Made by a program: the position numbers and the translations under genes | The notes under the pieces: model-generated | The model's database searches: none | The model's input: only the letters and a program-made list of their open reading frames with translations | What the model was told of the DNA's origin: nothing | In this document: one piece after another, positions 19,048 to 28,733 of the stretch | How the letters are laid out: every line of letters begins with the position of its first letter | Numbering within the stretch: the stretch's first letter is position 1 | Assembly (NCBI GenBank): GCA_036679645.1 | Contig: JAZDCY010000074.1 | Coordinates: 35,069 to 99,068 of the forward strand | Reading direction: 5' to 3' | Source: Gemmatimonadota bacterium | GTDB lineage: Bacteria; Gemmatimonadota; Gemmatimonadetes; Gemmatimonadales; GWC2-71-9 | Length of the DNA stretch: 64,000 nt

Positions 19048-20181
19048 GTGAGGCGCATTCCGTTGGTCGTTGCACTCCTGATAGTCGCGGTAGCGGGTCC
19101 GTTGCCGGGCCGGCAGGCGCGGCGCTCGGCCCGTGAGCTCGGGATCATAGTGGGAATCCTGGAGCCCGGGCGGTGGAATGCCATCACTGATGTCACGGGT
19201 GTTCGTGTCGGCCACACGACGATTCAGCAGGCCGATTCAATCAATACCGGGGTCACCGCCATCCTCCCGCACGGGGGAAACATCTTCCAGGAAAAAGTCC
19301 CTGCGGCGATCGTCGTGGGGAATGGATTTGGGAAACTCGCGGGTTTTACGCAGGTGCAAGAGCTGGGTGAGCTCGAGTCGCCGGTGTTGCTGACGTGTAC
19401 GTTGTGCGTCTCGCGGGTGGTAGATGCCGGCCTTACCTATTTGCTGGGTCTTCCCGGGAACGAACGTGTGCGATCAGCCAACGTCGTGGTGGGCGAGACA
19501 AACGATGGGTTTCTCAATGACATCCGCCAGCGCGCGGTTACCGAAGCCGATGTGCTGCGGGCGATCATGATTGCCGACACCGGCGCGGTCGATCAGGGCA
19601 GCGTGGGGGCCGGTAGAGGCACGATTGCGTTCGGGTGGAAGGGCGGCATCGGGACGTCGAGCCGGGTGCTTCCGGATGAGTTGGGTGAGTGGACGGTTGG
19701 TGTGCTCGTCCAGACGAATTTTGGCGGAGTGCTCTCCATCAACGGCGCGCCGGTAGGTCGCGAACTGGGCCGTTACTACCTGCGTGGGGTGATCGAGACC
19801 GGGCAGAGTGGACGAGAAGACGAGGGCGACGGGTCCATCATGGTCGTGGTGGCGACCGATGCCCCGCTGAGCCATCGAAACCTCGAGCGCCTGGCTCGTC
19901 GCGCGCTTGCTGGTGTGGCGCGCACGGGAAGCTCCATGACGAACGGATCAGGTGACTACGTGATCGCGTTCTCAACGGTCGGGGTTCGCCAGGCGGCTAC
20001 TCCGCTCCCGAACGATCGCATGAGTCCGTTGTTCGAGGCGGTGATCGAGGCTACGGAAGAGGCCGTGTACAACTCCCTGTTCATGGCGACCACGGTTCGG
20101 GGTCACCGCGGTGAGATCGGCGCGCTCCCGATCGATTCGACTCTCACCATCCTGCGGCGATACGGGGCCGTCAGTCAATGA
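19048..20181 (+). CDS. DmpA-like aminopeptidase (P1/S58 family), exported
   Basis: NAITDVTGVRVGHTT, NGFGKLAG, GETNDG, KGGIGTSSR, NGSGD autocleavage motif; signal peptide. Confidence 0.9.
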   Translation: MRRIPLVVALLIVAVAGPLPGRQARRSARELGIIVGILEPGRWNAITDVTGVRVGHTTIQQADSINTGVTAILPHGGNIFQEKVPAAIVVGNGFGKLAGFTQVQELGELESPVLLTCTLCVSRVVDAGLTYLLGLPGNERVRSANVVVGETNDGFLNDIRQRAVTEADVLRAIMIADTGAVDQGSVGAGRGTIAFGWKGGIGTSSRVLPDELGEWTVGVLVQTNFGGVLSINGAPVGRELGRYYLRGVIETGQSGREDEGDGSIMVVVATDAPLSHRNLERLARRALAGVARTGSSMTNGSGDYVIAFSTVGVRQAATPLPNDRMSPLFEAVIEATEEAVYNSLFMATTVRGHRGEIGALPIDSTLTILRRYGAVSQ

Positions 20182-21380
20182 AGGGCTACTCGAGAAACCT
20201 CGAGTATCTCGAGCCGTCCGTAACGCTCGCGATCAGCCAGCTCGCCAACCAGAAGCGCGCGGCCGGCGAGGACATCATCAACCTGTCGGCGGGCGAGCCG
20301 GACTTCGGCACCCCGAGGCTCATCGCCGAGGCCGGCGTACGGGCCATCCAACAGGGTAAGACACATTATCCGCCCAACCCCGGTCTGCTGGAGTTGCGGG
20401 CGGCGGCGGCGCGACACTTTTCGCTGTTGTCGGGTGGCCGTGCGGTGAACGCCGACTGGTTCGTCGTGTCGTCCGGTGCCAAGCAATCGGTGTTCAACGC
20501 GTGCTTCGCTCTGTTTGGTCCCGGGGACCGGGTGTTGCTGCCTACGCCCTACTGGGTGTCGTATCCGCAGATCGTACGCTTCGCGCGCGCCGAGCCGATC
20601 TTCGTACCGGGGGCGGTGGAGTGGAGCCTGAAAGTCGGTGTAGAGGATCTCGAGAAGGCGCGCGACATCAAGACCAAGGGACTGATCCTCTGCTCGCCGA
20701 GTAACCCGACGGGCGCTGTCTACACGCTGGCCGAGCTGCGGGCCATCGCGGAGTGGGCCGCGAAGCACGAGATCTGGCTGATCGCCGACGAGATCTATCG
20801 GCGTATCCACTTTGGCCCGGGTCCCGCGCCGTCGGTGCTGGATCTGCCAGACGAGCTGCTCGATCGGGTCGTCATGATCAGTGGCGTGAGCAAGGCCTAC
20901 GCGATGACGGGGTGGCGGATTGGGCTTGGGATGGCTCGGACCGAGGTGGCGAAGGTCATGGCGGGCGTGCAGTCCCACATAACCAGCGGTGCGTCACAAG
21001 CAGGACAGTGGGCGGCGGTGGAGGCATTCGGCAACGAGCGGGTGGAGGAAGATGTGGCGGCCATGGTCGAGGCGTTCCGCCAGCGCCGGGACCTCGTCGA
21101 GGAACACTTCAGGAGTACTCTGCCGGGAATCGAATTCGTGGATCCGGTGGGCGCCTTCTATTTCTTCTTCCGAGTGGATCACCTGTTCGATCAGGAGCTG
21201 AACGGGGCTGCGCAGCTTTGCGAGCTGCTGCTGTCCCGCGAAGGTATTGCGCTGGTTCCGGGTGAGGCGTTTGGCGATCCCCGCTGGGTCCGTCTCAGTT
21301 ACGCGGCTTCGGAGGACGATCTGCAACGGGCGCTCGAGCGGATCAGTCGGTTCATGATAGGAGGCCAACGGCGCGATTGA
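20178..21380 (+). CDS. PLP-dependent class I aminotransferase (AspC-like)
   Basis: GEPDF, PYWVSY, SPSNPTG, DEIY, SKAYAMTGWRIG. Confidence 0.92.
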   Translation: MKGYSRNLEYLEPSVTLAISQLANQKRAAGEDIINLSAGEPDFGTPRLIAEAGVRAIQQGKTHYPPNPGLLELRAAAARHFSLLSGGRAVNADWFVVSSGAKQSVFNACFALFGPGDRVLLPTPYWVSYPQIVRFARAEPIFVPGAVEWSLKVGVEDLEKARDIKTKGLILCSPSNPTGAVYTLAELRAIAEWAAKHEIWLIADEIYRRIHFGPGPAPSVLDLPDELLDRVVMISGVSKAYAMTGWRIGLGMARTEVAKVMAGVQSHITSGASQAGQWAAVEAFGNERVEEDVAAMVEAFRQRRDLVEEHFRSTLPGIEFVDPVGAFYFFFRVDHLFDQELNGAAQLCELLLSREGIALVPGEAFGDPRWVRLSYAASEDDLQRALERISRFMIGGQRRD

Positions 21381-21480
21381 CGCCCGGTGGTCCGGCGGAC
21401 ATCCTCTACGCAACCGGACCGCTGCAGCATGGCTGGTTTCCGGTAGCAGCACGCGCCCGCCATCCCGGAGGACTCCTCTG

Positions 21481-23127
21481 ATGCGTTCCACCGTTCTGGC
21501 TTGTTTCGCTCTCGCCTTTGTCGGGACGCTCGCGCCGCGCGCGACCGAGGCCCAGGTGGGCGCCCACGTCCTCACGAACGCTCGGTTCTGGACTGGTGAC
21601 TCGACGCGGCCGTGGGTGGACGCCGTGGCCTACCGCGGTGAATGGATCATCGCGGTCGGTGACCGGGACGAGGCGATCCGTGCCGCGGGTCCGGGTGCGG
21701 AGATCGAGGAGCTTGGCGGGGTGATGGTTACACCGGGGTTCATCGACACACATACCCACTTCAACAGCGCCGGCCGGCTGCTACTCGGAGTCAACCTGCT
21801 CGATGTTGCCGACGACGCGGGCCTGCGACGGCGCGTCGCCGAAGCCGATCGCCGACTTCCCCGGGGTGCCTGGATGTTGGGCGGCGATTGGGGTGCGTAC
21901 GACCTGGAATCGACCTGGGCGCCGCGTCGCGATCCGCTCGACGAGGTGCTGACCGACCGGCCGGCGCTGCTCAACAAGTGGGATCGATCGCAATACCTGG
22001 CCAATGCGGCCGCGCTCCGCGCTGCCGGTATCGATCCCGCGACCCACGACGGCTACGTCGAAGGGGATGAGCTGCGCCGCGTTCGGGAAGCTGTTCCGCC
22101 CGCGGGCCTCGACCAGCGCCTGGCCGAGGCGGCGCTCGCGTTACATGATCTCAAGAGCCACGGCGTCACCGAGATCCACGACATCACCGGTGACGAGCAG
22201 ATGCGCGTGTTCCAGCGCCTGCTTCGCGTAGATTCGCTGACGGTCCGCGTATGCGCCCGACCGACCCTGGACAAGTGGGAGCATCTCGCCGCGCTGGGGA
22301 TGCAAACGGGTTATGGGAACCGAATGCTCCGCGTATGCGGCCTCAAGGGATTCGTCGATGGGATCATGGGGAATTCCTCGGCAATGTTCCGGGAACCGTA
22401 CCGGCACATGCCTGAGACGTCGGGACGCTGGCGCAGCATGATGTCTCCGCCAGGGAACATGGAACGGTTCATCGTTGGAGCGGATACGGCCGGGCTCACG
22501 CCGCAGATCCATGCGATCGGCGACCTCGCGGTCGACACGCTGCTCGACATGTTTGCAGCAGCCATCAGGGAAAATGGCCCGAGAGATCGCCGCTTCCGGC
22601 TGATCCATGCGCAGGTGGTGGAAGACGATGATTTCGCGCGATTTGGGGAGTTGGGAGTGATCGCCGAGGTGCAGCCGTACCACGCCATCGACGATATGCG
22701 CTGGATGGAGGATCGGATTGGTGACCGGTCGCGCGGCGCGTACGCATTTCGCTCGCTGAAAGACGGCGGCGCGTTGCTGGTGTTCGGATCAGATTGGCCT
22801 GGAACCAACGCCTCGTGGTATCCGGCGGAACCCCTGCTCGGAATCTACGCGGCGGTGACCCGCCAAACGCTGGATGGCGAGCCGGCGGGCGGATGGTATC
22901 CGGACCAGCGACTCACGGTCCAGGAGGCGCTCGAGGCGTACACCATCGCTGCGGCGTACGCGGGTTTCAGCGAGAGCTGGAAGGGGAAACTCGCGCCCGG
23001 TTACGTTGCAGATTTTGCCGTGCTCTCGCAAAACCTCTTTGAGATCGGACCGGCGCAGATCAAGGATGTCGCGGTCGAGGGGACGATGGTTGGCGGACGC
23101 TGGGTATATCGACGTGAGCACCCCTGA
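21481..23127 (+). CDS. YtcJ-like amidohydrolase, exported
   Basis: PGFIDTHTH, KGFVDG, HAIGD, RLIHAQ, FGSDWP, KGKLAPGYVAD. Confidence 0.9.
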   Translation: MRSTVLACFALAFVGTLAPRATEAQVGAHVLTNARFWTGDSTRPWVDAVAYRGEWIIAVGDRDEAIRAAGPGAEIEELGGVMVTPGFIDTHTHFNSAGRLLLGVNLLDVADDAGLRRRVAEADRRLPRGAWMLGGDWGAYDLESTWAPRRDPLDEVLTDRPALLNKWDRSQYLANAAALRAAGIDPATHDGYVEGDELRRVREAVPPAGLDQRLAEAALALHDLKSHGVTEIHDITGDEQMRVFQRLLRVDSLTVRVCARPTLDKWEHLAALGMQTGYGNRMLRVCGLKGFVDGIMGNSSAMFREPYRHMPETSGRWRSMMSPPGNMERFIVGADTAGLTPQIHAIGDLAVDTLLDMFAAAIRENGPRDRRFRLIHAQVVEDDDFARFGELGVIAEVQPYHAIDDMRWMEDRIGDRSRGAYAFRSLKDGGALLVFGSDWPGTNASWYPAEPLLGIYAAVTRQTLDGEPAGGWYPDQRLTVQEALEAYTIAAAYAGFSESWKGKLAPGYVADFAVLSQNLFEIGPAQIKDVAVEGTMVGGRWVYRREHP

Positions 23128-23752
23128 ACCGGTCGCCCGGTACATCGCGGAGCTTTTCGCGCCGGAGGACGACGCCCTCCGGGCAATCCGTACCGCGCAT
23201 GCTACGGCGGAGCTTCCGGAGATTCACGTCTCGGCGGTGGAGGGCAAGCTTCTCCAGGTGCTGCTGCACGCCATTGGCGCGCACCGCGTTCTCGAGGTCG
23301 GCACCCTGGGCGGATACAGCGCCATCTGGATGGCCCGTGCGCTGCCAACCGGCGGGACGGTGACGACCATCGAGGGCAACGAGCGGCACGCCGCGTTTGC
23401 GCGCGAGGCGGTCACACGGGCGCAGGTCGCGGATCGGGTCGAGATCATCGGTGGCGAGGCGCTCGACACGCTCGCGACCCTCCCCGGACCGTTCGATGCC
23501 GTGTTCTTGGATGCCGACAAAGCGCCATTGCCGCAGTACTTCGCACACGCCATGCGTCTGCTCCGCCGCGGCGGTCTGCTGGCGTGTGACAACACGTTCA
23601 TGGACGGGCATATCGTCGAGGATGACGCCACATCCTCGGATGTCGAGGGGATGCGTGAGTTCAACCGGCTTGCGGCGACCGACCGGCGTTTGGTGACGGC
23701 AGTGATTCCGGAACGGGACGGCTTGCTGGTGGCCATCAAGGTCGGCGACTGA
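23114..23752 (+). CDS. Class I SAM-dependent O-methyltransferase (caffeoyl-CoA OMT/TrmR-like)
   Basis: LEVGTLGGYS, FDAVFLDADK, DN motif; GTG 23114 overlaps upstream gene. Confidence 0.9.
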   Translation: MSTPEPVARYIAELFAPEDDALRAIRTAHATAELPEIHVSAVEGKLLQVLLHAIGAHRVLEVGTLGGYSAIWMARALPTGGTVTTIEGNERHAAFAREAVTRAQVADRVEIIGGEALDTLATLPGPFDAVFLDADKAPLPQYFAHAMRLLRRGGLLACDNTFMDGHIVEDDATSSDVEGMREFNRLAATDRRLVTAVIPERDGLLVAIKVGD

Positions 23753-24705
23753 CTACGACGACCTCGACCCGCGCCCGGGTGCGGAACGCGCTCGTACGCG
23801 CCGGCGGGGTGCCCGCGCGCGCGCAGGTGCGCACGCGGGTGGCGCAGCCCGTTTCGCGACCCTTCGCGTCCGGTCGGGTGGTGGAAGGGTCCCGCATTCG
23901 GGAGATCGACTGCGGGTCACCCACCCACGCGCCCGACGGGGTTGGTTTTGCCGACGGGATCCAGCGCTGGGTCCTGGACGGACACTTGGGGCTCGCGCCC
24001 GTCGTCCGCGCCCACGTCGCCGCGGCGGTGCTGGTCCGCAATGACGGTCGATTCCGCGCGGAAACGTGTGAGACGGAGGAGTTCCTCGTCGTCCCGGGTA
24101 GGCGCGTCACGCCGGCGCAGCTCGCCGCGTTGCAGGATACCGGGCTTGCCGTGCACGAGACCGATCCCGCGGACCGCGCACACCCCATAGTGGATCGTTA
24201 CTCAGCGGTGCAGGTCGTGGAACGGCGGCGGGAGGCGGCGGAACGGCGCGCCGTTACCACGTACGTCCAGCGTCATCCGCATGCGTGGGTCGTGGTAGAC
24301 GGGCCGATCGGATTCTTCGGAGACGAGCCCGCGGCATCGCGCGCGGTGGGGCTGATCAAGACGCACGACACGCAGTTCCTCGAGGGCGCGGATCTCGAGA
24401 TTGCGCTCACACTACGCGCGGGACATCGGTCGAGCGTCTTCGAGCGGACGGTACACGGTCGCCACGCGGTGTACTCGTGGTACCTTAGACTGTGGCCGTG
24501 GCGCGATGAAGATCTGTTGCACGGCCTGACGCGCCTCGAGCGGCGGCCAGACCCGGCGGCCGTGGTGGAAGCCGACGAGGTGAGTCGTTGGATGCTTGCC
24601 GAGCGCGCGCCGCTCTCGGCGCCGGAGGCCCGTTGGGATCGGTTGATATACCCAATTCGTGAAGTCGAAACCTATCTCCGCGCGCGCGCAGGGGGTTGGG
24701 GCTGA
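23749..24705 (+). CDS. nurA: NurA-like 5'-3' nuclease
   Basis: Acidic motifs FADGIQR and VVVDG, GLIKTH, SWYLRL, C-terminal YPIREVETYL; directly upstream of herA. Start is CTG 23749 (inferred) or GTG 23779. Confidence 0.75.
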   Translation: MTTTTSTRARVRNALVRAGGVPARAQVRTRVAQPVSRPFASGRVVEGSRIREIDCGSPTHAPDGVGFADGIQRWVLDGHLGLAPVVRAHVAAAVLVRNDGRFRAETCETEEFLVVPGRRVTPAQLAALQDTGLAVHETDPADRAHPIVDRYSAVQVVERRREAAERRAVTTYVQRHPHAWVVVDGPIGFFGDEPAASRAVGLIKTHDTQFLEGADLEIALTLRAGHRSSVFERTVHGRHAVYSWYLRLWPWRDEDLLHGLTRLERRPDPAAVVEADEVSRWMLAERAPLSAPEARWDRLIYPIREVETYLRARAGGWG

Positions 24706-26651
24706 CAGAAGGCATCGGACCCGTCATCGGGCGGGTCATCGCAACCGAGCAGCTTCCCGCAAGTCCGCACCAGTTCCATTTCTGGACGGCGACCGAGACC
24801 GCGATCGGGATTGGTGCCATCGTGCGCGTGGCGTCGCCGTCGCGCACGGTGTACGGCGTCGTGCAGGACGGGCGTGCGTACTCCGATCTCGCAACGCCGC
24901 TGCACGAGGTCATTGCGTCGGAAGGGGACCCGACAGCACCCGATCCTCCCAGCCGACGCACCGAGATCCGGTTGTGGACGGCGGCGGTGCTCCGGCACGA
25001 GCCGGAGGAGCCTCTACAGCCCGTGCCCCTTGCCAACGTCCATGCCGCAACCGAATCCGACGTAGAGATCGCCCTGCGTATGGATGCGTATGTGCGAGGT
25101 GAAGAGCCGACGGCCATTCCTGTGGGACTCTACACCGCCGGCGGGACCGAGGCGCCGGTCTACCTCGACGCCGACTTTCTGCTCGGGCCCGAGTCGGCGC
25201 ATCTCAACATCAATGGGGTGTCGGGGCTCGCCACCAAGACAAGCGCCGTCGTGTTCCTTATCGGGTCAGTGTTCGCGCACTTCCCCCGCTCGAAAGGTCG
25301 TATTGCCGCCGTCTGCTTCAACGTCAAGGGTTCCGATCTGGCGTTTCTCGACCAGCCGGCCGATCTGACAGAGCGGGATCGCGAGATGTACCGCGCCCTC
25401 GCCGTTCCGGCGGAACCTTTGAAGAACGTACGCTACTACGCACCGCTCAAGGCCGACGGCGTCAATCTGAACAGCCTGCGGTCTCATCCAGATCTAGTGG
25501 GATCGGTGGAGCCGCTCACGTGGGGGCTGCACGAAGTACTCGACTACGCCGAGGTCCTGCTGAATCGGGACGATATCGATGCCAAGGCCGACGCGTTTCT
25601 CGATTTCCTCGCTGATCGGGTCGTTGGAAAGACGTTCAACGACGAATGGGGCGGTCGCCACCGGGTCGAAAGTTTCGCGGATCTGGAAAAACTATTTCGG
25701 GCCATCTTTGATGGACTCGAGGCGACCGGCGGTCGCGACATGTGGCGCACCCATCACATCGCAACGATTCGTAAGGTGCGCAACCGTCTGCTCAATATTT
25801 CGACCCGTTGCAAGGGATTGGTAACCGACGAGGAAGGCGGCAACGATTTGCCGTTCGGCGCGTTCGACGATAGAGCCGTCTACGTCGTCGATGTGTCGGG
25901 TGTGGATCAATTGGGGCAGGATCTCGTATTCACGCGCATCGTCTCCAAGCTGCGTGAGCACCTGGAACGGCGTGAGCTCGGGGTCGAGCACGTGATAGTG
26001 TTCGTCGACGAGTTGAACAAGTATGCGCCGGCGGACGGTCCCGAGACGTACGTGCGCCGCATGCTACTGGACATCTCCGAACGAGGACGGTATCTGGGAC
26101 TCGTGTTGTTCGGAGCCCAACAGTTTCGGTCGCAGGTGCACCGCCGCGTCGTGGGGAACGCAGGCACGACCATCTACGGCCGCATGGACGTCGATGAACT
26201 TGCGACACCGGGATACCAGATCCTGTCGCCCGCTACCAAGATCAAGCTCGCCACGCTTCCGAAGGGTGAACTGATGGTGCGGCATCCGCACTTCACGCAG
26301 CCCGTCTTTCTGCGGTTCCCGCGCCCGGCCTCGTTGGCAGGCCGGCAGGGCATCGAGCGGTTCCCGCCGGCGGCGGACGTGCCGTTCGAGGATGCCGTGA
26401 CACGACAGTTGGCGGCGCTGGACCGCCGGATTACCGCTGCGCGCGTCAAGGACGTCATTGCCGGGCACCGCGACGAGGATGTGCGCTCCGCGTTGCTCGC
26501 CACGCGACGCGCACGGCCGGACGACCCGCTGACGTTCTTTGTTGCCCGGCTGCACACCTCGATTCCGCGCCGGTCAGTGGAATCGGCGGAGCAGGACGAT
26601 GGCCGGACCGTACGCCCACTTGCGCCGGTGGAGGATCCCTATGCGTCGTAG
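24696..26651 (+). CDS. herA: HerA-family ATPase/DNA translocase
   Basis: N-terminal beta-barrel (HAS-like), variant Walker A INGVSGLATKT, FNVKG, Walker B VFVDELNKYAP, ERGRYLG..GAQQ; start TTG 24696 or CTG 24702. Confidence 0.85.
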   Translation: MGLTEGIGPVIGRVIATEQLPASPHQFHFWTATETAIGIGAIVRVASPSRTVYGVVQDGRAYSDLATPLHEVIASEGDPTAPDPPSRRTEIRLWTAAVLRHEPEEPLQPVPLANVHAATESDVEIALRMDAYVRGEEPTAIPVGLYTAGGTEAPVYLDADFLLGPESAHLNINGVSGLATKTSAVVFLIGSVFAHFPRSKGRIAAVCFNVKGSDLAFLDQPADLTERDREMYRALAVPAEPLKNVRYYAPLKADGVNLNSLRSHPDLVGSVEPLTWGLHEVLDYAEVLLNRDDIDAKADAFLDFLADRVVGKTFNDEWGGRHRVESFADLEKLFRAIFDGLEATGGRDMWRTHHIATIRKVRNRLLNISTRCKGLVTDEEGGNDLPFGAFDDRAVYVVDVSGVDQLGQDLVFTRIVSKLREHLERRELGVEHVIVFVDELNKYAPADGPETYVRRMLLDISERGRYLGLVLFGAQQFRSQVHRRVVGNAGTTIYGRMDVDELATPGYQILSPATKIKLATLPKGELMVRHPHFTQPVFLRFPRPASLAGRQGIERFPPAADVPFEDAVTRQLAALDRRITAARVKDVIAGHRDEDVRSALLATRRARPDDPLTFFVARLHTSIPRRSVESAEQDDGRTVRPLAPVEDPYAS

Positions 26652-27537
26652 CGTCATCCGCGTCGTCGTGGCGATCGTGCCGCTCATGATCCCGCTGGCG
26701 TCGTTGAATGCGCAGCAGGAGATTCTGCTGCGGTTTCGACCCGCGCCCGGGCACGTCGTGCGGATCCTCTCGACGTACACGGCCGCAATGACGTTCAAGA
26801 ACCTGATGGGAGAGGGGCTCCCGCAAGACGCCGGCAGCCTGTCGGTGGAAGCCGAGATCATGCAATCGATAACCGACCGCGTGCGCTCGGTGGGTGGGGC
26901 TGTCACGGTAGATCGCACGGTCGATTCGACCCGCGCCACGGCGCGGCTGGCAGGTCTGGTCCAGTCGGGCACGGCCGATGCGCGGCAGCGAGCGACTGCG
27001 CGCGTCGTCATCAGCGATCGGCTGGAGGTACTCGATTTCGCCGTTACCGAGGCGGATTCGCTCACCGCGTTGGTGGAGTCAGCACTCCGCACGCCCATAG
27101 GCTACGAGTTTGCCCTGCCGGAACAGCCGATCCGTCCCGGCGACACGTGGGTGACCACACTCCGGTTTCCCTTTCAGAGCATCGACGACAACCGTGCGGA
27201 CCAGACGCCCGGGCTCGATACGGCTGTCGTGGCCGAAGCAACATTCCGACTCGACAGCATCGTCGTGCGCGCCGGAGATACGCTGGCATATCTCGGCGTA
27301 CGCGGCAATTTCCAACCGGTAACGATGACGGAGACGGCGGTGCAGGGCGTGAGTGGCTCGGGGACGATCTCCGGGGCTCTTGCGGGGACGCTGATCTGGT
27401 CGGCCGGATGGAACGCCTTCGGGTCCGGGGCAATCCGGGCAGTGCTCGCGATGGACTTCGCTCTCCTCGATGGTGGACGGCGCGCCGCGTTGAGTATCGA
27501 GTTCGACGTGGTGAATCGGTTCGAGATACGGCCGTAG
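26641..27537 (+). CDS. Exported beta-rich hypothetical protein
   Basis: GGAGGA before ATG 26641; signal peptide MRRSVIRVVVAIVPLMIPLASLNA-Q; LPEQPIRPGDTW segment. Confidence 0.7.
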   Translation: MRRSVIRVVVAIVPLMIPLASLNAQQEILLRFRPAPGHVVRILSTYTAAMTFKNLMGEGLPQDAGSLSVEAEIMQSITDRVRSVGGAVTVDRTVDSTRATARLAGLVQSGTADARQRATARVVISDRLEVLDFAVTEADSLTALVESALRTPIGYEFALPEQPIRPGDTWVTTLRFPFQSIDDNRADQTPGLDTAVVAEATFRLDSIVVRAGDTLAYLGVRGNFQPVTMTETAVQGVSGSGTISGALAGTLIWSAGWNAFGSGAIRAVLAMDFALLDGGRRAALSIEFDVVNRFEIRP

Positions 27538-27543
27538 GCGGCC

Positions 27544-28731
27544 GTGAGAATCGCGCACCTCGCCGACCTGCACTTGGGATTCCGTCAGTTCTCGCGGCTG
27601 ACGTCGCACGGTGTCAACCAGCGCGAGACGGACGTGGCGCAGGTGTTTCGGCGGGCGCTGGACGCTGTGATCGACGCTGTGCCAGATCTCATCATCCTCG
27701 CCGGCGACCTCTTTCACTCCGTCCGGCCAACCAATGCGGCCATTCTGGATTCGTTCAACCAGCTCCGCCGCGTCCGGGCCGAGCTTCCCGAGACCCCTGT
27801 CGTCATCGTTGCCGGGAACCACGATACGCCACGCTCGGCTGAGACGGGGACGATCCTGCGGTTGTTCGAGGCGCTCGATGGCGTGCACGTCGTAGCTTTT
27901 CAACCGCGGCGGCTCCACTTCGAACGGCTGCGCACCTCGGTATTGTGCGTGCCCAACATTGCCTGGAGCGTGGCTCCCCGTCCGGACATCGCCCCGGACC
28001 CGGACGCCGAGTGGAACCTGCTGGTAACGCACCGCGAGGTGGAAGGTGTAGTACCCCGTCCCGCCGGCACCGCCGATTACGGCCCCATGCCGATCCGGCA
28101 ACGCGATCTCCACGCCGACCAATTCGACTACGTAGCGCTGGGACATTATCACGTCGCCACGAAGGTTGAGCGCAACGTCTGGTATTCCGGTGCGCTCGAG
28201 TACGTCACCACGAACCCCTGGGGGGAGTCGCGCGAGCGGGGTGAGGCGGATGCGGCGGGGTCGAAGGGCTGGCTGCTGGTTGAGCTTGGCAAGCGGCTGC
28301 GTGTGCGTTTCCAGCCCGTCGAACTCGCGCGTGGCGTGGTAGATCTCGCACCAATTCAGGGTGCCGGGTTAGGGGCGGCCGAACTGGACCGCGTGATCGG
28401 TGACGCCGTCGCTGCGGTTCCGGGTGGTATCGACAGGCAGATCGTGCGCCAGGTAGTGTACGATGTGCCCCGGATCACCGCGCGGGATCTCGATCACACG
28501 GCGATCCGGGAACTCAAAGCGCGTGCCCTGCACTTTCGCCTCGACTTACGCCGTCCCACGTCGCCGCGAGAGGTCGGAGTCGGAGCTCCCGGCAGCCGAC
28601 AGACGCTGCCGGATCTCGTGATCGACTATCTGAAGCACCGGCGGCTCCCGGCCGACGTCTCGCGCGACGCGCTCGTCTCGCTAGGTACGCGATATCTACA
28701 GGCGGTGGACGCGCACGAGGCGGAGCCTTAG
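27544..28731 (+). CDS. sbcD: Mre11/SbcD nuclease
   Basis: Metallophosphoesterase motifs DLHLG, AGDLF, GNHD, LGHYH, YSGALE. Confidence 0.92.
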   Translation: MRIAHLADLHLGFRQFSRLTSHGVNQRETDVAQVFRRALDAVIDAVPDLIILAGDLFHSVRPTNAAILDSFNQLRRVRAELPETPVVIVAGNHDTPRSAETGTILRLFEALDGVHVVAFQPRRLHFERLRTSVLCVPNIAWSVAPRPDIAPDPDAEWNLLVTHREVEGVVPRPAGTADYGPMPIRQRDLHADQFDYVALGHYHVATKVERNVWYSGALEYVTTNPWGESRERGEADAAGSKGWLLVELGKRLRVRFQPVELARGVVDLAPIQGAGLGAAELDRVIGDAVAAVPGGIDRQIVRQVVYDVPRITARDLDHTAIRELKARALHFRLDLRRPTSPREVGVGAPGSRQTLPDLVIDYLKHRRLPADVSRDALVSLGTRYLQAVDAHEAEP

Positions 28732-28733
28732 GC

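Noticed and set aside
24696..26651. HerA as part of an anti-phage system (Sir2-HerA, DUF4297-HerA)
   Set aside because: The partner is NurA-like, there is no Sir2 or restriction-like effector, and the context is housekeeping with no mobile or defence genes.
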